Part shown: positions 1 to 8,600 of the stretch, piece after piece
Numbering within the stretch: position 1 is the first letter of the stretch
Layout of the letters: each line of letters starts with the position of its first letter
IMG/VR virus record: IMGVR_UViG_3300021075_000008
Coordinates: 1-33,568 of that record
Reading direction: 5' to 3' (one strand)
DNA from: a virus
Lineage: Duplodnaviria > Caudoviricetes
DNA: 33,568 nucleotides
Translations under genes and position numbers: made by a program
Notes under the pieces: generated by a model
The model's input: only the letters and a program-made list of their open reading frames with translations
The model's database searches: none
What the model was told of the DNA's origin: nothing

Positions 1-24
1 TACGCCCTTGTCTAAAATTAATAA

Positions 25-633
25 TTAATCATTTAATGCGCCAGCAAAAGCAGAAATAAAATCTACTTCTTCAAGAGTTTTAACGTCAACAATATCATAT
101 TTAGCTCCTTTTAGATCATCATCCAAAGAAGTTAAAAATGCTTTTAAAGCAGGTGAGATATTTCCAACAGTTAAAAAGCTGATATTAAATTCGCGTTCAT
201 CTAATACATCAAGAGTAATGTCGATGATTGCTTTTTTTACAGCTTCTTGGTCATTAGGTTCGCCATCAGTAGCAACAAAAAGAACCGTTTGTTCTTTTCT
301 ACCACCATCTTTTCCGCTAGTTTTGTGAAGAAGATAAGCTTGCTTAATAAGTTCTGCGGTATTAGTTGACATTTCATTCGCTTTAAAGCTGCCAATAACT
401 TCACTTGCTTTTTCTGCGGTAATTCCACGATAAGAAGTAATTTGATGTCCGAAAGCCAAAACATCAATTCCGTCTTCATCATATTTTGAAGCTTCATTTG
501 CAAATTGAATAGTTTTTTCTTTCAAAAATTCAATACGAGATAATCCATTTGGACAATCATTTGTTTGCATTGAACCTGATACGTCTACACCGAAAATAAA
601 ATTGTCGCCTTTGTTTAATTCTAAGTTGCTCAT
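25..633 (-). CDS. Stand-alone von Willebrand factor A (vWA) domain protein
   Basis: MIDAS motif DVSGS near the N-terminus, later T (STNTA) and TDGEP; alternating beta/alpha pattern. Confidence 0.9.
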   Translation of the reverse strand: MSNLELNKGDNFIFGVDVSGSMQTNDCPNGLSRIEFLKEKTIQFANEASKYDEDGIDVLAFGHQITSYRGITAEKASEVIGSFKANEMSTNTAELIKQAYLLHKTSGKDGGRKEQTVLFVATDGEPNDQEAVKKAIIDITLDVLDEREFNISFLTVGNISPALKAFLTSLDDDLKGAKYDIVDVKTLEEVDFISAFAGALND

Positions 634-662
634 TTTAAATATAAATTTAATTAATAGTTAAT

Positions 663-683
663 TGTTAGCATAAACAGCTAACA
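663..683 (-). other. Hairpin in the 5' leader of the vWA gene
   Basis: TGTTAGC (663-669) / GCTAACA (677-683) perfect 7-bp inverted repeat, 7-nt loop, just downstream of the predicted -10. Confidence 0.5.
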
Positions 684-689
684 CAGCAC

Positions 690-717
690 AACATAAAAAT
701 GTTTTTTTGTATGTCAA
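690..717 (-). promoter_or_regulatory. Sigma70-like promoter for the vWA gene
   Basis: Minus strand TTGACA (717-712)-N16-TATGTT (695-690), with an A/T tract upstream. Confidence 0.65.
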
Positions 718-740
718 ACACTTTTTTTAAAAAAGTTTAT

Positions 741-1142
741 CTAAAGTTTATCTGGTTTAAGACGATAAATAGCGAAAGGAGGGTTTTTATCTCTAATTTT
801 ACCGCCATACATATCACGCTGCACAAAATCAGAAATCCAGCCCTTTGAGGTATTCATGCAGATATGTCCATAAGGCTCGTATTGAATAATAGCAACATCC
901 CCTAATTCTGATTTGTAATCTTCTTTCTTTTGCTCAGGAAAACTAAAGACTTTTTTAAATCTTAACGCTTCATAAGCAGGAGCGCAATTCTTAGCAGTAG
1001 GGAATTTTTGGACAGCAACACCAAAACCAAAATCGCAAGCACTTCTAACAAACGCAGCGCAATGCCCGCAAGTGTCTTTATTGTAAGACGGAAAGGCTTT
1101 AGTGATTAAATATTGACAGGCTTTTTCTAGTCTTTTATCCAT
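741..1142 (-). CDS. Endolysin, CHAP/NlpC-P60-like cysteine peptidoglycan amidase/endopeptidase
   Basis: GHCAAFVR (catalytic Cys), GDVAII, YGHICM (His), WISDF (Asp); adjacent to spanin and holin genes. Confidence 0.8.
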   Translation of the reverse strand: MDKRLEKACQYLITKAFPSYNKDTCGHCAAFVRSACDFGFGVAVQKFPTAKNCAPAYEALRFKKVFSFPEQKKEDYKSELGDVAIIQYEPYGHICMNTSKGWISDFVQRDMYGGKIRDKNPPFAIYRLKPDKL

Positions 1143-1143
1143 G

Positions 1144-1374
1144 CTAATCTACGCAGTAAGATTGTTCATCGTGAGTAAGACTATCAATACAATAATCGCA
1201 AGCAAATTCATTATTTGCAATCTTTGCATCTTTGTCGGCAATAGAATATTGAATCGAAGGGTAAAAATATTCTAAATGCGCGCCGTAACACAAATCTTTA
1301 CTTGGTTCTTTTTGTGTATTTTTGCACGAGTTTAGCGCGCTCAGCATCAGTAAGCTTGCGAGAATGATCCACAT
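1144..1374 (-). CDS. o-spanin (Rz1-like outer-membrane lipoprotein)
   Basis: From ATG 1374: MWIILASLLMLSALNS-C signal peptide with lipobox-like Cys, four further Cys; overlaps the 3' end of the i-spanin gene in another frame. Start moved from the ORF-track 1407. Confidence 0.75.
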   Translation of the reverse strand: MWIILASLLMLSALNSCKNTQKEPSKDLCYGAHLEYFYPSIQYSIADKDAKIANNEFACDYCIDSLTHDEQSYCVD

Positions 1375-1507
1375 ATTTATTCTTTTTTTGAACTTGTCTT
1401 GCCACATATTTATTTTCTAAAATTTGAATTGATTCTTTGCCTTTCAAAAAGCCGTATGCTAAAGCTGCTAAAATAGCTCCAAGAATTGCCAAAATTTTAT
1501 TTATCAT
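1298..1507 (-). CDS. i-spanin (Rz-like)
   Basis: One N-terminal TM helix (ILAILGAILAALAYGFL) then a short helical charged domain; overlapped by a lipoprotein gene. Confidence 0.72.
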   Translation of the reverse strand: MINKILAILGAILAALAYGFLKGKESIQILENKYVARQVQKKNKYVDHSRKLTDAERAKLVQKYTKRTK

Positions 1508-1748
1508 GTTTTGTAAATTTATCTATAATAGTTCCAAAAAGCAAAGCAATTCCCGAATAAATCAAGCTATCAAAAGAATTATCTATATTTGAGAAATTAA
1601 CAAGCAAAGTCTCAATATGAGTAGCTGCGTAAATATTTAAAGCAACTTTTCCCAAAAGTCCAGTGCCAATGAGAGTTACGCCAACAACTCGCTTAAGACT
1701 AAGCTTGCCGCTTTTTTCACAAAGGATTGATAATTTACTTTTTTTCAT
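1497..1748 (-). CDS. Putative holin
   Basis: About 83 aa, two hydrophobic segments, basic N-terminus and charged C-terminus, immediately upstream of the spanins; ATG at 1748 (track starts at TTG 1751). Confidence 0.6.
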   Translation of the reverse strand: MKKSKLSILCEKSGKLSLKRVVGVTLIGTGLLGKVALNIYAATHIETLLVNFSNIDNSFDSLIYSGIALLFGTIIDKFTKHDK

Positions 1749-2061
1749 CAAATCGTCTATGAATATTATCTACTTCTTTTCCAAAAAGTTCTTTAACATG
1801 TGTAAATCCCATGTCGATCGCATTTGTTAAAGTAGTTTCTAATTTATCCATTTTCGCATAAACAGAATTAGTTACATTTGTAAAATCATGTCTTACAATG
1901 GAGTTTTTGTGTTCAGCTTCTTTTAGAACTGCAACTTCTTGCTCAAGCCTCTTAAAAGTTAAATTCCAAAAGGTTTTACCGACAATAGCAATAACGAAAT
2001 TAACGCCAGCAATAATGAAAGCAGCAATTCCAGCTAGTTTGTATAAAGAATCTAAATCCAT
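1735..2061 (-). CDS. Membrane-anchored coiled-coil protein (holin/antiholin-like lysis accessory)
   Basis: N-terminal TM (LAGIAAFIIAGVNFVIAIVG) followed by a helical coiled-coil-like region; first gene of the lysis cluster. Confidence 0.5.
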   Translation of the reverse strand: MDLDSLYKLAGIAAFIIAGVNFVIAIVGKTFWNLTFKRLEQEVAVLKEAEHKNSIVRHDFTNVTNSVYAKMDKLETTLTNAIDMGFTHVKELFGKEVDNIHRRFDEKK

Positions 2062-2064
2062 ATA

Positions 2065-2400
2065 TTATTCTGAATCTGCTTCTTTTTGAAGCTTTCTAAT
2101 ATAAGAAACTATTGCAACGAAAAGGTCTTTTAATAACATGCTTTCGCCAATAGTTTCTCCAGTAATTGGATCAATCAATTCAAAAGTATCTGAATCAATT
2201 TGTGAAAGACTTATTATTTTATCAAGATTATTTGAGTAGCCTTGAATAATATTAGTGTCTCCTTTGGAGTCAACAATGGCTTCGACTTCGCTAATCGTCA
2301 ATCTAACTCTTTCAGATTCGGAAATTCCGTATCTAATAATGATTTCTTGACCTCTGATGAATGGTTTTCCTAAAGTAGTGTTATAATTTCTGTTAGTCAT
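2065..2400 (-). CDS. Hypothetical protein (tail fibre module)
   Basis: 111-aa ORF, co-oriented and tightly packed between the fibre-like gene and the lysis genes. Confidence 0.6.
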   Translation of the reverse strand: MTNRNYNTTLGKPFIRGQEIIIRYGISESERVRLTISEVEAIVDSKGDTNIIQGYSNNLDKIISLSQIDSDTFELIDPITGETIGESMLLKDLFVAIVSYIRKLQKEADSE

Positions 2401-2424
2401 TTTGTTCCTTGTTTTTTTAGTTGA

Positions 2425-3474
2425 TTAGAATGATTGATATCCGCGAGCATTAAAATAGATAGCACCAGTTGTACCAGTAGCCGTTAAAGTAGCAACTTCT
2501 AATAACGTAGCTGCTGTACCTTTTAAAGGTGTTGGAAACTCTATATTAGTAGTTGGCAACCCTGTAGTTGGTATTTTTGTCCTAAAAATAACAGTTCCGG
2601 CCGCGCCATCCCGAATTACTAACTCTGTAGCAGTAGTTAAAACTTCCGCCATAATAGTTATCGCAGTTATGTAATTCCTAATAGAAGCAGCACCAGCGGC
2701 TTTTATTGTTACAGCTGTTGTTGTATTAACTATCCCAGAAGCAGCGGCCGCATATTGCCAGTCATTTTCTGCTGATCCAAATGGTTTTTGAATAACTTGT
2801 CCTGCAGAAGTAATCATTACATCTGATGCGTCCCCTTGGATTAGGGTTGTATCTAAGGTAGTATTGACGCGACCAGCAACTCTAACTGGTGATCCAGTTG
2901 ATGCAGAAGAATGAGCGGTTTGTCCATTTGCCAGAGTTCCTACTGAAGTAACAGCTCCTGAAGCAATTACTGACGTTGTATTTAAGTTGCCAGCAGTATT
3001 TTGTGCTATTTGATTTACAGCTGGCGCAAAAGGCGTTTGCATAAATTTAGAAAACGCTTGTATTGAACCACCAGTTATTGTAGTAGCAATTCTTAAGCGA
3101 ATATACCTAAAATTTACAGGCAAACTATAGCCAATTGATGATGCTGTTGCAGTAATTGCAGCACTTATTGGGGTTCCTGTTACTACGCTCTGGTTATATG
3201 CTAAGATGGTTACGAAATTGACATTATCGTTTGATCCTTCAAAGATAAATGTTCCGCCAGTTCCTGTTGATATTACTTGGATCATTGCTGATCTGTAGCC
3301 AGTTGCGTCTGTTGCCGCTGTTCCTGCTGTTGTAGATAAGATGTTGTTTACAACTGCTGTTTGAGCTGATTGACCAACAATGTAAAGGTCTTGAACATTT
3401 TCTTCAGATAATGTTACTGGCATTGAAGCCGCAGCAGCAGCTTGTCCATTAGGATTATTTGGATTGTAAGCCAT
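2425..3474 (-). CDS. Beta-rich virion structural protein (fibre/spike/decoration-like)
   Basis: 349 aa, very rich in T/A/S/G, beta-sandwich-like motifs (GTFIFEGSND...FRYIRLRI); lies in the fibre module. Confidence 0.6.
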   Translation of the reverse strand: MAYNPNNPNGQAAAAASMPVTLSEENVQDLYIVGQSAQTAVVNNILSTTAGTAATDATGYRSAMIQVISTGTGGTFIFEGSNDNVNFVTILAYNQSVVTGTPISAAITATASSIGYSLPVNFRYIRLRIATTITGGSIQAFSKFMQTPFAPAVNQIAQNTAGNLNTTSVIASGAVTSVGTLANGQTAHSSASTGSPVRVAGRVNTTLDTTLIQGDASDVMITSAGQVIQKPFGSAENDWQYAAAASGIVNTTTAVTIKAAGAASIRNYITAITIMAEVLTTATELVIRDGAAGTVIFRTKIPTTGLPTTNIEFPTPLKGTAATLLEVATLTATGTTGAIYFNARGYQSF

Positions 3475-3476
3475 AT

Positions 3477-3809
3477 TTAAAAGATATTATAATTAGTATT
3501 GTTTGAAATAAATTGTAGAGCTTGGTAAGATGTGATTGTAATAGATGTTGATCCATCGGCGTTCTGACCGCCTGTAAAAGTTACAGTGATGTTAGATGTA
3601 TGTCTATTTTTAACCATAAAAATTGCTGTATTTCCTACCGCCGTAGGTAATGTTAAACTGCCAGCTCCAGTAAATTCATAAACCACAATTCCACTTGTCG
3701 TAGTAGCTGTAATAGCCCCGCTTTGCCCATTGTTGGTTATTATTTCAATGCCGCCGCCACCGCCAGTTGAAGCAACAGGACTATAATTAAAAGGAGAATT
3801 TTTGGACAT
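3477..3809 (-). CDS. Small fibre-associated structural protein
   Basis: Gly linker (GGGGG), then a TLPTAVG...VKN...ITVT...DG beta domain typical of phage fibre repeats. Confidence 0.55.
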   Translation of the reverse strand: MSKNSPFNYSPVASTGGGGGIEIITNNGQSGAITATTTSGIVVYEFTGAGSLTLPTAVGNTAIFMVKNRHTSNITVTFTGGQNADGSTSITITSYQALQFISNNTNYNIF

Positions 3810-3814
3810 GATTA

Positions 3815-4318
3815 TTAAAAGTTAATGTTAATTGCGTTCAATTCTTCTAAAGTTGTGCAAGCGTTTATTTCCGCCAACTTGTCAGTGTAAAGAGTAAATA
3901 AATTCTGATCTCTAACGTCTAAGTGATTGGCTAAAGTTTTAAATTGATCTAAATTTAAATCTAATCTATTGTTGTCAATATCTGTCCATTGCGCCGTAGT
4001 GCCAGCAATAGCATTTTGAAGTCGAATAATTCGAGAGTTTAAAATTGCTATGTCAGGAATTTTAAGTTTAAAAGTGCGAGCAACTCCATCAATTTCATAA
4101 ACTTGCAATGAACTTGGTTTTGGGGTTTCAACTTCCATTTCGCTGGTGCGGTTGGCTTTTAATTGATTTATTTTAATTTGTTTTTGTAAGTTTAATTGAT
4201 TAAGCAATTCTTCTTCGCTTAATGGCTGATTAAATTCTGCAATTTCGCTTTCAATCAATAGAATTGCTATTCCATTAACCAATTTATGAGGTTGTAATTT
4301 TATTTCTTCTTGAGTCAT
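3815..4318 (-). CDS. Tail fibre assembly chaperone-like protein (DUF4376-like)
   Basis: QWTDIDNNRLDLNLDQFKTLA...EINACTTLEELNAI pattern; directly downstream of the tail fibre gene. Confidence 0.7.
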   Translation of the reverse strand: MTQEEIKLQPHKLVNGIAILLIESEIAEFNQPLSEEELLNQLNLQKQIKINQLKANRTSEMEVETPKPSSLQVYEIDGVARTFKLKIPDIAILNSRIIRLQNAIAGTTAQWTDIDNNRLDLNLDQFKTLANHLDVRDQNLFTLYTDKLAEINACTTLEELNAININF

Positions 4319-4319
4319 A

Positions 4320-5570
4320 TTATTTTATTCCATAAAGTTTAAATATGCCTGAAGCTATGTTGCCAGAAGACATTAAAAATTGAATTGCATTAACGGCAGA
4401 GGTGTTGCTAGTATAAATTCCTTGACCAATAAAATGACTTCTATCACCAACCGCATTAATGTAAGTTCCTTTAAAAACACATTTTTTATTAATTGTAGTG
4501 CTACTTGGATTATATAATTCAAGAGAACCTTCTAAGGCTCGAGCTATTGTCGTTGATAAGCCATAACCAGCGCCGTTTGAAGAAATAATCCCGATAGAAT
4601 TCGCAGGAGTATTTGAAAATACCCAATTTGTGTTTGCAGAAGTTTCTACAGAAGAAAGATAAGTTGTTGTTGGATAAGTAGACCCGTTATCAGTACTAAA
4701 TCTTGCAAGTAATAATACATCGTTAGTCGCTGCGACAACATCTATAAATTCGACTATATATTTAGAAAACTGCGAAGATAAATCAGTAAATGCAATTGAA
4801 GCTGAAGAAGAAGCTGTTGCGGTAGAAATCAAATTAATAGCATTAAATTTCGATGCCGCAAAAGCAGATGGAACAATTGCTCTTGAAGAATCTGTTCCAT
4901 CAGTTACCTCAGCATCAGTTGCAATTTCAATAGTTCCCGCTAAAGCCGTAGTTGCACTTTGAGTTCCAACTAAAGGTACGTTGCCAGATGCGGTTCCTGT
5001 GGTTAGCAAAGACATTCCCCCAACACCCGTAAATTGAGGAATTTTATTTGCTGCCCCAGTTAATCCAGCTAAAGCGCTTAAATTAGCATTTTGAGCTTGA
5101 ACATTTGTACCAATTTCAAGTCCAAGATTAGTTCGTGATGCTGAGGCACTTGCTACATCATCTAAATTATTGGCAATTAATAAAGGATTGCCGCCAGCGC
5201 CTGATTTTTGAAAGAAATTGAAAGTAATCTCACTTGTTCCAAAAACAATTGGAGCATCAGCGCAAACAACTTCCCAAAGAGTATTTGGATATTGAGTACC
5301 AGAAGTTGTAAGAATTAAAGTGCCTGAAACTGCATTAAGTTCGTTATTAAACCATACAGCACGAGTCCACGCGCTTGTTGAAACAACATAAACGCCATTT
5401 TCTGTCTCATCGTCTTGAGCATTTACAAGGACATTATCACCTTCCACTACTGCAACACCATTTACAGTTTGCTCTCCTGAAAGCGTAATGTTAACCATAG
5501 TGGCTACAAGCACAGGAGACTTGGCTCCAAGCTCTCCTACTACACCACTTTTTAAATCTGTTGTTGTCAT
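4320..5570 (-). CDS. Tail fibre / receptor-binding protein
   Basis: N-terminal NITLSGEQTVNGV...VLVNAQ...ENGVYVV..WTRA fibre module, NNLDDV..ASRTNLGL and IATDAEV..GTD repeats, C-terminal beta domain ending SGNIASGIFKLYGIK. Confidence 0.85.
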   Translation of the reverse strand: MTTTDLKSGVVGELGAKSPVLVATMVNITLSGEQTVNGVAVVEGDNVLVNAQDDETENGVYVVSTSAWTRAVWFNNELNAVSGTLILTTSGTQYPNTLWEVVCADAPIVFGTSEITFNFFQKSGAGGNPLLIANNLDDVASASASRTNLGLEIGTNVQAQNANLSALAGLTGAANKIPQFTGVGGMSLLTTGTASGNVPLVGTQSATTALAGTIEIATDAEVTDGTDSSRAIVPSAFAASKFNAINLISTATASSSASIAFTDLSSQFSKYIVEFIDVVAATNDVLLLARFSTDNGSTYPTTTYLSSVETSANTNWVFSNTPANSIGIISSNGAGYGLSTTIARALEGSLELYNPSSTTINKKCVFKGTYINAVGDRSHFIGQGIYTSNTSAVNAIQFLMSSGNIASGIFKLYGIK

Positions 5571-5578
5571 ATTTTAGG

Positions 5579-5614
5579 CAATAAAAAAGCCGCCCTCATT
5601 TCTGAGTAGCGGCT
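5579..5614 (-). terminator. Intrinsic terminator just upstream of the tail fibre ATG
   Basis: Minus strand AGCCGCT-A-CTCA-GAAA-TGAG-GGCGGCT-TTTTTATTG: GC stem, GNRA loop, U tract. Confidence 0.85.
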
Positions 5615-5645
5615 GATTTTCGGATTAATTTCCAATTATAGAAAA

Positions 5646-5673
5646 ATAGTAAATATCATTTGGATAGATGCAA
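5646..5673 (-). promoter_or_regulatory. Sigma70-like promoter for the fibre/lysis operon
   Basis: TTGCAT (5673-5668)-N16-TACTAT (5651-5646); a second TATAAT (5640-5635) near the expected +1. Confidence 0.55.
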
Positions 5674-5674
5674 G

Positions 5675-8600
5675 CTATTTTTTAGCTGGTTTTAAAATAA
5701 AATCTATTGGCGCAGGTTCGCCTCCTTCTCTTTCTTCTTTTAAAGCTTTTAAGAAAATATCAATTTGCGCTCCACCGCCTATTGTAAAGATTGCAGAAGT
5801 TTCATTTATTCCTTGCATAACTTTGATTAAATCAACTTCTTCATCCTCACTTACGGCATTAACAGCTTCTTTTCCTAATTTACTTATTCCTTCACCAACT
5901 ATTGAAATTCCTTTAAATCCTGATGGATTATAAGAATCTTTTCCATAACTCCAACCAGAATAAATTTGGCTTGCTACAGGAATTGGAGAAAGAAGCGATC
6001 CAGCAATTAAATTTGCATAATGTAGAGTTTTATCTTCCTCATCATCTTCGCCTCTACCAGAAAGCAAATTAGAAATTCCCTCTCTTAAAAATTCAGTTAA
6101 AATTGCATCTACAGCAAATAATAAAGCAAAATCAGAAATAAACTTAGCAGTATCTTTTGGCTTTTTAAAGTTTGTTTGGCGATAACTTCCAACCAGCAAA
6201 TTAAGCTTTACATTAGCATAATTTCCAAAGATTGTAAAAGCTTTTACAAGTGCTGAATCATCTCTTTGGATTGCCGAAAGAGATTGTTTATAAGAAGAGC
6301 CTTGAGTTTCAATTAACAATCTATCTGCAAGCTCTACCGCCTTCGCATCATCGCCTTTAAAATCTTTTAATCCTTTGTAATAAGCTCCGTACCAAGTTGG
6401 CAAATCTGCTAACATTTGCATTTTAGTTGTAGCTAAAAAAGCGAATTTAGTAATATCTTTGCGAATTTTACCAGCTTTGTGCATATGGTCAAAAACCTCG
6501 TAAATATCACGAGTCATTGTTTTTGAACGATTTTCTAAAATTTTAGATTTTGCAAAAGCTAGTTTAGCAGCTTTATTAATTGAAACAGGATTGCCATTTC
6601 CTAAAGCTTTCCAAATACCTAAGCCCATGTTTTTGTAACCAATTTTTACAATTGATTGCAAAAGACCAGTAGGTTGAATTATCGCAGTTGCTAATTTAAA
6701 AGCCATTGTCCAAGTTACAGTTATGTCTCTTGATAAATTAGCAGCCTTAGCAATAAAACTTTCTTGCGTAATAGTGCGTCCATACATATCATAAACCCAA
6801 GATTGCAACTGCTTATATTCAGCAATTCCAATTTTCTTAACTAAATTTGTTTTTAACCTTCTGTTGTTTATAATTCTGTAAGCATTCCATGCAGCGGGCT
6901 TCATGGCAATAATATTAATTGCCTGAGTTAAATGCTTTGAAAGAGGGTTTAAATCTAAAACAATTTTTTTGGTTACTTTTTGATCAGTTCTTTCTTTTGT
7001 CATAGACTCATGAAAAGAGACTTCATCAAAACCAGTTCCAAATAAAGTCTCTTTCAAATCTTGTACAGTGTCTGATTTAAAATTAGCTTCTGCTGTGTAA
7101 GCTAAAGGATAATAACCACCTTTTAAAGAAACTTCCTGACCATCTTTAGAAACAATTTTAAGAGGTACTGAATTTTGTTTCTTAGCTGCAATTCCGAAAA
7201 GCTTCTTTTGAGTTGATTCAATACCAGACCAATAGCTATTAACTAAATCCCAAATATCTTGAACAAACTCTAACTCATTTTTGTTTAAAGAGGAAATAAT
7301 ATCTATAACTTGAGCATCCGAATAGTTAAATCCGTCCCTTACGCGAGTTCTGTTAATTTCATTTCCCCAGTTCAAAGCAAATGCAAGAACTGCTTTTTTA
7401 GGATAACTTTTGCCAACTGAATCAAAATAAGTTCTTTTATCGGAAATCTTATAGCCGCCAAAGTGTTTATTATAAATAGCATCAACTTTTTTATAAAGTT
7501 CATCAGACATTTTATGTTTTTCCAATTCTGCTGCATTTAAATCTTTTTCAAAAAGCTGATAAAATTCTCCAAGATTTTTTTCACCATCAATCTTAAGAGT
7601 AGTCTGGCTAGTTTTAATTAAAGAAGAAGCATAAGAATCAAAAGCTTTAACTAATTTTTCTCTTTCGGTTGGGGCTTCTATTTCAGGTTTATCTTTTTTG
7701 ATGTTGGTATTTGCTTGCTCGATAATTCTGTCAACAATTGAATTTAGTTCTTGTTTCTTGCCATTAACTTCCAAGATATTTATATTACGCCCAACAGTAA
7801 CAAGATTTTGTATTGCATCATCAAGCGTTCTAAATTCATCAGTTGTAAGCGAGCGAATATTATCTTTATCTTGAAATTCTCCTAATTCAGGAAATTCAAC
7901 CAGTCCCAAAACACCAGAATTGGTTTGCTCTTGCTTCCATTTATCTAAAGCTTCAGCATTGGTTTTTTGATAATCTACGCCTTTAGGGGCTAAATTAAAA
8001 TCTTGAAGAAGATTAACAGCTTTTAATCTGAAATCCTCATCAATTGTAACTTTGCCAGCTTTGGGTTTTTTCTTAATTCCAGTATAACTCTTAAGAGCTT
8101 TCTGAACTTCATTTTTAATTGCAAGGCTTTCTCTAAAAAGATAATGGTTCAGGAGTTGTTTTTTCTTCCACTCAACAGCTTTCTCATAATCCTTTTGACC
8201 AAGTGCTTTGCCAGCTTCTCTGGCTGCCTTTACTTCATTTAAATAGAAAGTATTGGTGTCGGTTGCATCTTTAATTTGTTTAGTCGCTATGATTTCTTTG
8301 GCTTTTTGCTTATAAGCTTCTTTAGTTTCAACATAAGTTTTAACTTTTCTATTGGCTGCATTTAGCTCGTAGAGAATTTTGTTTGCACGCGCTTCATTTT
8401 CAGAGGCATTAAGAGCTTCGTTCTCAATTGTGCCATCATAAAGCATATCACCATAGCGTCTTACCATCTCCGCATCGGTAGCCTTCTTTAATTCCTCTTT
8501 AAAGTTTGGAACATTTGCGATTGCATAAAGCATTTGTCCAGCATCATTAAAACCAAATTCTTCGGCTACCATATCCACGGGAACGCCGTCTTTGGCAAGA

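Noticed and set aside
237-503. 88-aa minus-strand ORF nested in the vWA gene
   Set aside because: Alternative-frame shadow with no motif; the vWA frame explains the region.
1746-1751. Lambda S-type dual-start holin/antiholin motif
   Set aside because: The apparent MM is TTG-ATG with no charged residue between the two starts.
2425-5570. Diversity-generating retroelement as in BPP-1
   Set aside because: No reverse transcriptase and no TR/VR repeat pair differing at adenines was seen in the window.
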